This document shows, in pieces, positions 34,716-46,281 of a stretch of DNA of 64,000 nt. Below the pieces are notes generated by a model. It searched no databases. It worked only from the letters and a program-made list of their open reading frames with translations, and was not told the DNA's origin. The position numbers and the translations under genes are program-made. Position 1 is the stretch's first letter. Every line of letters begins with the position of its first letter. Source of the DNA: Macrostomum lignano (lineage: Eukaryota); the NCBI GenBank assembly GCA_002269645.1, contig NIVC01000893.1, positions 3,543 to 67,542 on the forward strand, written 5' to 3'.

Positions 34716-37187
34716 GAGGGTTTCACAAGAGATATTCAGACAGACATTCGAAACGATCGTCTGTAACTTTAAACAAAATTGACCCGCTTCAACCATCTTT
34801 TTGGCAAATACTTACGCAAGTGTTGGGTGTCGAATAAGCTTTAATTTATTAACTGAAGTAAAAATCCTTCTGACATACATTGATTTAAAAATTGCTTAGC
34901 AACACTAGCTCTGATTAGAAATCGCTTTACTGTTGACTAAAATTGTTTTGATTGTAGCAGCCTAAAAGCAGATACTGGATTTAAAAATGCTTCGATTTAC
35001 TCTATACGCATGTCTCAGCTTTAAAATGACACCTCAGGCGTCGCAAAAGACAGCTTTGATGCTGAGATATTCGACACTAAACAATTGCTTTGTGCAAACT
35101 CACATTCAGAAATTTCACTGATTTTTATCGATATTTGTGCAGCTGCCATGTCCTTGTTTTTCATCAGAAACTTGTCAAATTCTAGTCATGTCCAGTTTAA
35201 ACCTGGACTTCTCTTAAACTGTCCTAAGTATTTGATTTTTAATGATTCCTGCCTTTATATTGCATAGATTGTACCTGAGTCAGTGAGTCTGTGAGTGTAC
35301 ATTTGTACATATGGCGACCAATCATGACTTTTTCACCGCTTTGCAATTCAAATAAATATACGAGTGTACAAGAAACATGTTCCAATTGTTATTGAGAGAA
35401 ATTGACGTCGCGTTTATTAACAGTCAGTGGCAATTAATATGAAGCAAATAGTTTATTGTTATGTTTTTACTTTTTTTGCGTGGCAATTCTGCTATCCAAA
35501 TTGGAATGAGGTAAGCGGTGGGAATAAAATAAAAAGGAAGAATTTTTTCTACTGTTGTTGCAACCCAATAGCTATATGTACTTCAAACTTTTTAGATTGA
35601 ACAGGCGATTTCTAATGTACTGCTAAGCTTTCCAATCCCTACGGACTACCGTAGCAGTTCTTAACTTTTTTTCTGTCTTGACTTCTAGACTCGGAATTCG
35701 GAACAACCTAAGGAGCCGCATGAAAATATTTAATTGGATAAAGATATTTTCTAAAAACAGCTCAAGTCGTGACACATCTTCTTCTCACCTCAGTCCATCA
35801 ACTGCTGCTCCTTCTGAGACCGAAGCAATCGTGAAAGTAAAACAGATCAGTTTAGATCCCATGGCCATGAATACAACCATTTCAATTGTGAACCTGCTTC
35901 GCTTACGAGTACGAGCACTAGCCTTCCATTTGATGACATTAGCTCACTTAACTCTGAAATAGTTCAAGGATGGTTCCAAATGTTGAGATCTGACGTAGAA
36001 GCAGTCCAATTTGCGGAAATTTATCAACTGGACTCCATGAATCACTCCAATGAAAGGCGGCAAATAGCTGCAGAATGCGTAAACAAGTTTAAGTGAGTCA
36101 CAAAACCCCCATTTACAGTAACTACATACACTTGTACGTTAGCAAGGCTCCATGCGATGGTTAATAAATGGAGAAGTAGACAAGCATCTGAACAAATATT
36201 GAATAAAAATCAGTGAAGTTTCCGAATGTGAGTTTGAGCAAAGCAATGTTTAGTGTCGAATATCTCAGCATCAAAGCTGTCTTTTGCAACGCCTGAGGTG
36301 TCATTTTAAAGCTGAGACATGCTTATAGACATGACTAGAATTTGACGAGATTCTGATGAAAAACAAGGACACGGCAACTGCACAAATATCGACAAAAAAT
36401 CAGTGAAATTTCTGAATGTGAGTTTGCGCAAAGCAATGCATGTTTAGTGTCGAATATCTCAGCATCAAAGCTGTCTTTTGCGACGCCTGAGGTGTCATTT
36501 TAAAGCTGAGACATACGTATAGAGTAAATCGAAGCATTTTTAAATCCAGTATCTGCTTTTAGGCTGCTACGATCAAAACAATTTTAGTCAACAGTAAAGC
36601 GATTTCTAATCAGAGCTAGTGTTGCTAAGCAATTTTTAAATCAATGTATGTCAGAAGGATTTTTACTTCAGTTAATAAATTAAAGCTTATTCGACGCCCA
36701 ACACTTGCGTAAGTATTTGCCAAAAAGATGGTTGAAACGGGTCAATTTTGTTTGAAGTTACAGACAATCATTTTGAATGTCTGTCTGAATGGGTCTCCCT
36801 AAAACACGCCCCGCACCGCCCTGCAGCGCTACACATTAAAACAAATTGGACTATAACTAAAGACACTTCAGAATGCATTTTCTGTTAAGCTTCAAGTTTT
36901 TATTAAATTTAGTTTTTTTACTTTGAAATATAAAATTTGGTGAACAATAAGTGATATTAATAATAATATTAATAAAATAATAATATTATAAATTAATAAT
37001 GAAAACGAGAATATAAAAAAATAATATTTAAAAAAATAAATAAAGATGTTTATTCCATTACTATTTTAACTTTTCCTTGCAATCAAATACTGCATTGACA
37101 AAAAATGTTATAATGTGTAGCGGTTTGGGGCCCGGTGCGGGGCGTGTTTTAGGGAGCCCCTGTCTGAATATCTCTCGTGAAACCCTC
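34716..37187. mobile_element. Foldback element with about 470-bp TIRs and GAG/CTC termini (Sola-like)
   Basis: 34716-35190 is the reverse complement of about 36325-36790 plus 37161-37187; flanks ATGT/ATAT (4-bp near-TSD); partial extra arm copy at about 36205-36325. Confidence 0.75.
36791..37160. mobile_element. Mutator-like MITE inserted in the right arm of the foldback element
   Basis: TIR GGG(T/G)CTCCCTAAAACACGCCCCGCACCG; perfect 9-bp TSD TGTCTGAAT (36782-36790, 37161-37169). Confidence 0.85.
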
Positions 37188-38096
37188 ATATTGCTCACAT
37201 TTCTGACAACTGGGAATGTATATTTTAATATCTTACATAAGGCTATAGCTATAGGCTATATCGCCTATATGACTTAATAGGATTTAAAGAGTTATTTTGT
37301 TTCATATTTTAAGGCAGTGCATAAAAAATAGCTTAAGCATGGTTAAGCCTTTAAAGAAAAATGGTTATAAGACCGCACCTAAACCGCACCTACTTTTTTA
37401 ATTTCAGGGTGCGATTTTAAAATTTAGGGTGCATACGCACACTCTGCGCACAAAAAAAAAACCCTGATCACAGTTCTGGATCTAGAACCAATTCTGAAAA
37501 TGGAATAGAGTTTAATAGATAATGTGAAAAGCTTAGAACCAATTCTTAGGCCTAGGGCCTATTCTAAAATAGCCCAGGTAATATGAAAAGTCTTATAATC
37601 AGATTGAAGTGTTGGTAGTCATTTTAAATTGTTTTTTTTTCAAAAAACCTTGAAATTGCTTAAAATTTTTTTGTCATTTTAAGCTTAGGTAGGCCTAACT
37701 TAGGCCTAGACCTAGTCCTGACCTAAGTATACATAAAGTCAAATACAAAGTTATAATATATGGATAGGGGCTATCAAGTTAGTTGCTATTATATTTAATT
37801 GGTAAAAAGATACTAATTGCTGGAATAGTTATTTATTTGCTTTTTATTTTTCTATACTCTATCTGCTAAGTTAAAAAAAAGAAATGGGATCACAGTTGCT
37901 AGCAATGACAGGTATTTTTTATATGAAATGTTCCATGAATATGTTTTTGTCAACTAGGCCTATTTAGACAGAAACATCTTTATGGTCTGCTAGTACAATC
38001 AAAGAAGGCAGCAAGGCCATTGATAAGGCCTACTAGAGCTTGGCAGCTAGATGGCTCTATGAGTAGGCCCCTATCTATCATATATACGCAACCTTG

Positions 38097-38229
38097 GAAA
38101 TCACTCAGCCATTTCTATTGGCAAAATACACATGTAAGTCACTATTGGTTAAGAGAAGTCACATGACTATTATTCTGTCCAATAGTGATTTACATGTGTG
38201 TTGCCAATAGAAATGGCTAGGTGAATCCT
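38097..38229. mobile_element. Palindromic mini-element (about 45-bp imperfect inverted arms)
   Basis: TCACTCAGCCATTTCTATTGGCAA..ACACATGTAAGTCACTATTGG versus its complement at about 38180-38224. Confidence 0.65.
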
Positions 38230-38279
38230 TAGGTTATGCCCAAGCCTAATCATGGTATGCATGGCATGGTAGCATTTAT

Positions 38280-39658
38280 GGCATAACTATGGTTTTGTTT
38301 GTTATATTATTTCTTATTTCAAATTTGTTCCAGCGCACATAGAAATGGCACATTATATTATTTTAAGTTCAAAAAAGATGACCCACCACCAAAAAAGTTC
38401 AAATTAGAGTTCGAACTTACGAGAAAGATAATTAGACGGGATAATAGTGTGACACCCAGTAGAGAAAGTTGCCAAACACATTCCGTGGATATAGACGGTG
38501 CCACAGAAATTCCTGCAGATAAGTTTCAAATAGACCATCACTCGTCCCATACATGTTGCGAAACTTTGCCATTTGCCTTGTAATGCGCCCATGTTTCCTC
38601 AATAATGTTTGTATATACCGTTGGGTCCTAGGGTCCACAAAATGGAGCCAGTAGTTTACAGACGCATGATTTGGCAGTGCATTGTATGCAGCCCAACCAT
38701 CTGCGATGATTCGTCATAGCCTTCAATGGCCTTCACGGTAGGCTCCAACATGATATTTGCGATGAAAAAACTTGGACTTGTCTACTTCGACTTCTTGGCC
38801 AGGGCCGCCCAGCTCAACAGGGTGATCTAGCAGGTACTGGGCACAAATGTCTCGACAGAAGTTACCCCAGTTGGCAACAGCATTGGGCGACAAGATGCAA
38901 CACTGGCGTTGGATTTCGTCGAACTGGACTCTCACAGACCACCAGTAGATATAGTCAACAATTTGCTGCAGGGTCAAATGTCTGGCTTCAAAAAAAGATC
39001 CCTTCCTTATAGAAACTTGGGCACGACAGTCTTTGCAGGCCTAGGCCAAGTTATCAATAAACCGGGCACCTTCTCAGCGTTGCAAACGCATTTGAGCACC
39101 CGGCTTGCATCCACATACATGCGCAACAGTCGGCCGAGTCGGCCGATCCGGCCGACCAATTTGGCAGCCAACCAAGGAAGTCGCAAAAATGCCATCCCGA
39201 AAAAATAACCAAGAAGTAGTACTAAGTAGCTGACGAGGCATTTCGGCTTAATAAGGCAGTCATAGTTACTCCTACCGTTTACCCAAAGTTGCGTTAATTC
39301 TGCTTTAGGGTTTTTTACATGTAAGTCGCATTTTTGGCCAAAAACTACGTCGCATTTTTGTTAAAACTAAGTCGCATGGCCGACCGAATTTCGGAGGTTG
39401 CGCATGTATGTGCATCCACACTGCTGTTCATTGGCAAGCAGCCTGTAGGTGGCCAACCAACGAAAGTAGCCAGCGTATCTGTTGTCACGGCTGCCAGGTC
39501 CCTTATTGTGAGGTCCAGTTGGCACAGCTTTGCAGGTGGATGCAAATCGCCTACCGGAATGATCGTCATAGGAGCTGATGGTCGTCTAGCCATTTCTATG
39601 TGCACTGGAATGAATTTGAAACAAGAAATAATATAACAAACGAAACCATAGTTATGCC
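38280..39658 (-). mobile_element. Merlin (IS1595/ISXO2-like) DNA transposon, decayed, with both TIRs
   Basis: About 70-bp TIRs starting GGCATAACTATGG; TSD GCATTTAT/GCATTTAC. Broken transposase: CKDCRAQVSIRKGSFF, ELGGPGQEVEVDKSKFFHRKYHVG, IIADGWAAYN, HFVDPRTQ, FETYLQEFLWHR. Confidence 0.9.
39114..39410. mobile_element. CATACATGCGCAAC MITE (copy 2) inserted in the Merlin transposase
   Basis: Perfect TSD TGCATCCA. Confidence 0.92.
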
Positions 39659-40673
39659 GCATTTACCTCGTATCTTGGTCTCTATGGTCTTAATGGAGCT
39701 AACTGCACTGATATAAGCATTATAACTTTCCTAAGGTCAGGCATTAACATAGTAGCATTGGCCTTGGCAACCTTGCTAGGGCCTAGATTATACACTTCAA
39801 GCTGAGTGGCTTTTGGGATGCCTTCTGCCTGAGGCTAAGAAATGTTACTTTTATATAAGATGTCTCTGAGCCCTTAGCAGCTTATTCCCAGGTGCAATGG
39901 GCTAGAAACTGTGCTTGTCAGGCTATTAGACCAAAATCTAGCTATAGTTGGGTTTGTTGCTTGCTAGCAAATAGCCCCTAATTGAAGAAATGGCACATCT
40001 ATGAGGGTAAGTCATGGGAGAGGTCTATAATAACAAGGCAATGACAATGTTGCTGGCCCTACAAGAAAAGTAGGCCAGATAGACAATGAACCAAGAGTAG
40101 GCTAAGCAGAAAGGCAAGAACACTAAAAAAGCAAGAACATAGCAAAAAGGGAAAGGCAAGGAAGAGAACAGAGGCAGCCAAAAGGAGAAAAAAAGGAAAG
40201 AGAGAGAAAGAGGGAGAGCTGCAATTAGTAGCAGTCAGTAGCTCAAGAAGGCATGGAAACTGCTAACTAAAGTGGGGCATCTAATTATATAAACTAATAG
40301 TAAAAGAAGCACTTTTGCACATAACTGAAAAAAATTTGGCATGAATAGAAGTTGAAAATTTGATATAATATAAATCTATAAAAATTCTACTAGGGATTCT
40401 TTTGTAAAACTAATTTTGACTATACTTTTTATAATTCTATAAGCCAATACCCTATATATTATGTTTTATATATAACCATTAGATCTAAGACTGCATAAAT
40501 CCTTATACCAGAGCATATAGATGCTTAATACCTTAGAGTTGTAAGTCTAGATAACCAATCTGATTAGACTTTTGAATGCTGATTGAAGTGATCATTTGTA
40601 GCCTTTTATAGGCTTTTGCCACTTTTTTTATAAATGCTATATATAAAACTTCTGTATGCTAGATGGTATATGA

Positions 40674-41386
40674 TAGAGCTGTCAAAATTAGAGATTTTAT
40701 TCAAGACGAGATTCGAGACGAGAAAGGCTTATAAGTCAAGAATTTCGAGACGAGACAAGACAAAGTAAATCTAAAAAAATATATTTCAGAATTGCATCTT
40801 GTCTTGCTCTTATCTTGTCTTATCTTGTCTTAAATTTCTTGATAAGATACAATTCTAAAGTATATTTTTTAGATTTTCCAGAATACTTTCTTAATTCTAG
40901 TTTTAATTCTTTGCTATTTAGTATTTATTTATAAGCATTTATGCTTGTAGCGTATAGGCCCTTGGCTTTAGCCCTACTATGTCTATTACTAATTTGTCAA
41001 AAGACCTATGTAGATTGTCTTCGAGTCTGCTGTGATACACCTTGCCGCAGAACTGAATAAATAACTAAAAGAGCGCATATGCAATGCAAACTCGTATATA
41101 ACAACGTTCGTTAAATAACTAATATTGCTCGACATTGGCTAGACTTTATCATTTTACCATTTGAAAATTGCCCTATCAAGCGTGTTACAACAAACAGTTT
41201 TATTTATATGAAAATTTGCTACCCTTTTTATATCTTATCACTTAAAAGCTTTTGAAAAAAAGGTATCAGAAAAATTCTTGAATCTTGTCTCGAATTTCTT
41301 GACAAAATTCGAGATTTCTAGAGATGAGAAAAAATGTCGAGATCTTGTTTTGAATCTTGTCTCATTGAGATCTCGTGACAGCTCTA
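40674..41386. mobile_element. hAT-type non-autonomous element
   Basis: TIR TAGAGCTGTCA / TGACAGCTCTA; perfect 8-bp TSD GTATATGA; subterminal CGAGA/TCTTG motifs. Confidence 0.9.
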
Positions 41387-42887
41387 GTATATGATAGTAT
41401 ATATAGAATCAAAAATAATTAAAAGTCAAATTGTTTCAAATGGAAAATTATATAACTTATATATCTAAGATTTTTGAAAGTTTGTGCACTTTGTTATATT
41501 GACGAAATTGTCAATAATTCAAATTATTCATTTCCTTGACCTAAGGCCATAATAGTATAGAGATTCATATAACTTACTATCTCTCAGGCCAATTCCTTTG
41601 TTATAGCAAATACCAATTGGATTTGGCACTCATAAATGCAAACATAGGCATGAAATATAGGCATGACAAAATGGTATAAATGTGCAATAATCTATAGAAA
41701 TGTTTTTGATCTTATAGGAAAAATCAAAGGAATTGATTATAAAATGACAACTAGTATTCACATAGGTTTAGATTGGGACTGTTAGGGGCTCTGCCAAATC
41801 ATGGTGACAGAGGAAATCCTAAAAGAGTTGTGCAACATGCAGTTGAGCATTGTCCTGTTAGGCTCTAGCTTTGACTGCACTTTTCCTAGGCTCATTGCAT
41901 GCCCTATAGACACTCAATGGTTTTAAGACTGACTTTGAATGAGTTTTTCTTGTAGCAAGCCAGTTTTTTAGTAGCTGTTTTTTATGGCCATTTTTGATTT
42001 AAGTGAAAAATTATGGAATAATAGCTTTTTTTAGCAGAGTTATAGATTAAACGACAAGAATTTTGCTCCACCCAAAGTATTAAATGTAGCCAATCTGGAA
42101 CAGCATATTGTTTTTTTCTCTAATTACTCTATTTCAAAGGGTTGTCCAAAAAAGGTTACTTTTTCTTATAACTCAAACAATATTCATGAGGCCATAGGCT
42201 CAAAGTCAAATTTAATATTTTTATAAAGTAAAAAGTATCATTATTATTGAATGAACAAATATAACAATGTTGGCAAAATCTACAAAGTAGACAAAATGTC
42301 AAAACATTATTATATATCAAAAGTTAAGGTCAAAGCATAAACTCAATTGCTAGCATTCCAATTGTCACAATGGCCATTTGCAAGCTTAGTAGGATGTCCC
42401 ATAGCCAAAGAATGCATTTAGAAATTGGTATATATTGACCTAAAGAAAAGTATATAGTTATAAATGGTATGCCTTGTAGATATTAATAAAAAATCAGACT
42501 ATTGTCATAATTGAATATATTCGACAATAACAAATAAAGACAAATAAACAAACTAAATAAATTTCAATATGTATTTTTGTATACTCCTTTATATTTGACT
42601 TTATATTTGAGTCTTGTGCAGCTAAAGAGCCTTGCAAATTGAAAAAGTAAAGCATTTTTAACTATTTCTAAATTGATTCATTTAGTAGCATAAGATAGAT
42701 AGAAGTTGCCTTTGGCTTATATGCTTTCTTTGAGATAATTTGCATATATTAGTAATCCAGGTATAAACATTGGTCAAAGGACTCAAAGGCATAATCATAG
42801 AAATAGAAATGCATTTGAAAAATTAGACTATAGTATTAATCTCCTTAATTGTAACAGTAATACTGGACAATAAAATATAGTGTCTTA

Positions 42888-43710
42888 CAACAACAAAAAC
42901 AACAAGGTACTTCTCTTGCCAGCCACGCAGTAGCCAGAAAGGGGGAAGGGGCAGTCAGAAAGCGTGTCTCTGGGCCATTGCCCTCAGGAAGCATACATGC
43001 GCAACCTCCAAAATTCGGTCAGCCATGCAACTTAGTTTTAACAAAAATGCGACGTAGTTTTTGGCCAAAAATGCGACTTACATGTAATAAAAACTGTAAA
43101 GCAAAATTAATGCAACTTTGGGTAAACGGCAGGAGTAAGTATAACTGTTTTATTAGGGCAAAATGCCTCGTCAGCTACTTAGTAATACTACTTAGGTTTT
43201 TTTGGGTGGGCATTTTTGCGACTTCCTTGATTGGCTGCCAAATCGGTCGGCCGGATCGGCCGACTCGGCCGACTGTTGCGCATGTATGTCAGGAAGTCGC
43301 ATCCCCCTGCTTGGTCTGGGGTGCCAGCATCACTCAGAAGTCGGTCAGGGTATCGCACCGTTCGCCCTTGGCCTTGCCTCTGCAGTCCCTGCAGCTTGAG
43401 CAGTAGCACGTCGTGTAGCAGCTCAGGACAGCGGGCCTCCGACTGGATGATGTGGCCAGCCAGTTGAAGTCGCTGCCCGCATAGCAGGTTAGAAGGCTGC
43501 ATCAGGCGCGCCCTAGTGTAGAGCGTGGCATTGGTCTCGCTGCCTGGGCCGCTGCGCACTCCGAAAGCCACACGCAGCATTGCCGCATGTGCAGCATCCA
43601 GCTGCCTCTCCAAGGCGTCCGTCAGGGTTCAAGTCTGGGCGTTGTACAACAGGACAGTCTTGACAACTGCCTGAAACAGCCGAGCCTTGAGCCCGTCGTC
43701 CAACTGCAAT
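42888..43710 (-). mobile_element. 5'-truncated RTE-like LINE 3' end
   Basis: KARLFQAVVKTVLLYNAQT, ERQLDAAHAAMLRVAF, LQLAGHII and YPDRLLSDAGTPD; (TTG)n-like tail at about 42888-42906; interrupted by a MITE. Confidence 0.85.
42992..43288. mobile_element. CATACATGCGCAAC MITE (copy 3, opposite orientation)
   Basis: Perfect TSD TCAGGAAG. Confidence 0.92.
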
Positions 43711-45185
43711 AAACTAGAATTAAAACTATTTTAGCAATGCTTCAATGAAGATCAATTTAAAACATATCTTCTTCTATGATATAGATAACATCTTCAAAAG
43801 AAGAGACTTTACTTTTATATAAACAAACTAGTTAGTAAAAACAATCAATATTCTACTTGTTCAGAGTTGTGACCTTGAATTGGCAAAGAACTTATTAAGC
43901 AACTGGGACTAATATTATTCTATCTAAGCCAATCATTTATTTTTTAAAGGTACAGAAAAGGGTACCTAAATACTTTGGAATTGCAATTATTGGTTTAAAA
44001 TCTTTATAGATATATCCCACAAATTAAATTTAGAATTAAATTGATAGCCATATTTGGAAATTTAGGCTATTTAAATAAATACTAATAAAAACAGTGGATT
44101 TAACTCCTCAACTGAATGAAAAGTTAATGCAAAAGTTGATTGGCTAGGCCTATTTCACTTACATTAGTAAGGTTGAAATTCTGCTAGCAATAAAATCTTT
44201 TAGCTACTTAGCATAATTTGTATAAACCATAGCATTATTGCAGCTCATAAAAAGAATTGAATAGTGCCTTTCAATTTTTTACTAGCTTTTAAAGCTATTA
44301 TCACAATGTCTTTTATGTTGTAAGGCCAATTAAATAATTCTATTTGGTAGATATTTGCCTATACAATATTTGCTACTTTCAGCCTTTTTTATATTGTAAT
44401 TATTGTCATCATCTCAGCCACTGTTCTTGTTAGTAATAAAAACAAATGAACTTGTTTATAATATAATACTTAAAAATACACAAAAGAAAGAATGCAATAT
44501 TCTGATATTTGTTTTTTTCTAGAATTAGCATTGAGTAATATTCAAATATATTCTCCCTTGATCAAATCTATTTGGGTAACATTTTCATTCTTCATCATAA
44601 AAAACATTTGTTGTCCTTTGTCACTTATGTATAATACATTGCTTTATTTTCCAAGTTGGCCTACAATTGAGGATTGTGTCATTTAGAATATTATCTAACA
44701 GTGGAAAACAAATATTATCTAACAGTTGAAAACAAAATAAATAAACTAAAAAAAATAAATAAATAAATAAATGATCAACATGAATAAGATCTATATCGTT
44801 TATTTGAATTTTACAATTTATTTTAAGTATTGAATGGTTGAACAAAGCTAATGCATATATCTCAAGATAATAATTATCAAAAAGTGACTTTGGTAGTTTA
44901 AAACCTGGAGTACATATTGATTGAGTATTGACAACAATTTTGATTGGGTAGGATAATGCACTTTTCATAGTTTCATTCCTATCTAGTTGTTGATAAATAC
45001 CAATTAAAATATTCTAAGTTGATGCTTGCTTCATTCATTATATGCTGGTTATTTAATGTTGGTTGTTTTGCTTAAATGTAGAAGGCTTATTCCTTCTTGC
45101 AAAAGTCTATAGTGTTAATTCAAATTGGGAGTGTCCAAAAACATGCAATATTTTTGTGTAACCCTTAAAAATTGGCAAACCTTTT

Positions 45186-45226
45186 TTGCCAATGCATTTC
45201 ATCCTAAGTGGATATCATCAGAGCAA
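45186..45226 (-). ncRNA. Minimal type I hammerhead ribozyme motif downstream of the second PLE fragment
   Basis: Minus strand ttgct-CTGATGA-t-atcc(actta)ggat-GAAA-tgca-TT-ggcaa; helix III is the palindrome ATGCAT. Confidence 0.65.
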
Positions 45227-45810
45227 CTGCTAATGGTTCACCATGGATTACAAATATTTATTGATAAATATTGAAGCAAGAATTAAAACAATATGTAAAC
45301 AGTTCTTAAGTCCAAAAGTACAAAAGTCCAAAAGTACAAAAGTACATAGTCCAAGTACAGGTCATGTCAGTCCAGCCAGTGTAAAGAAGGCAAATACACC
45401 ATCAGAGCACTCTGAGCTCATGCTCTATCTCCCCTCTGCTCATCAGCTGCACATTAGTCATGGGCTCAAACACTTTGATGTATAACACTTTGAGCAGTTT
45501 AAGTTTAGACTCATTTTTACAGGCATTTACAATATTTTAAACCTTTTTATCATTTCGGTGTCACAGCACATTTGACAATTTGAGAGGTGGTTTTGGACAG
45601 CAGAAGTTTTTAGTCTGTGCTCCTTAGCTCTAGTATGCAGATGCTGTTTGGTCTTTCCAATATAGGAAACATTCTGATCAACAGAACAGCAAAATTGGTA
45701 GATGACACCTGCCTTAAGAGCCAGAGGAATAACTGACTTAGGCAAGTTACTAGGGTAGCCATTTAACTTAAAAATTTTAGTCAAGGACGCCACGTCTTGG
45801 TGAAAAAGGA
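45186..45810 (-). mobile_element. Decayed Penelope-like element 3' fragment (GIY-YIG)
   Basis: KAGVIYQFCCSVDQNVSYIGKTKQHLHTRAKEHRLKTSAVQNHL is closely similar to ORF 2170-2568. Confidence 0.85.
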
Positions 45811-46281
45811 ACCACAAAGTAAAATTAAGCATCAGACCAGTGTATCATAGGTTTACAATACACTTTCAAACATGAAACATTTCTAGAACAGTGAACTTCC
45901 ATGTCTAAAAAAGGGATTTTCTTATCTCCACATTCAATAGTGAATATGATATTAGGGTAAGTGGAATTGATCACTTTCATGTTTCATGTTGCAGTTTAGC
46001 AAATGTTTGTAAATAACCATTTTTCAGACAGTGCTTTCTGACCCTTGTGTACAAGTGTTATTTAGTTTTTTTAATATAAGAAATGCTTTGGTCCTCAGAG
46101 CAATTGACTTTTATCCACTGATTGGTAATTATTTTTTATTGACAGTTATTGGACTAGGCAAGGCACAGTGGCACTAATAGTGATACATAAATACATATCT
46201 AAATATTCCTATATTCTTATAGTAATATTAAAAAATAACAATAATTTATCCTAAATTATTTTCAATTACTTCAGCTATCCC

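Larger units (their letters stand above)
34603..37466. mobile_element. Probable hAT-like non-autonomous element hosting nested insertions
   Basis: C(T)GGGTTTTTTTTT ... AAAAAAAAAACCCTG ends, subterminal GGTGCG motifs on both sides, near-TSD ATCACAGA/ATCACAGT. The left boundary is imprecise. Confidence 0.45.
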
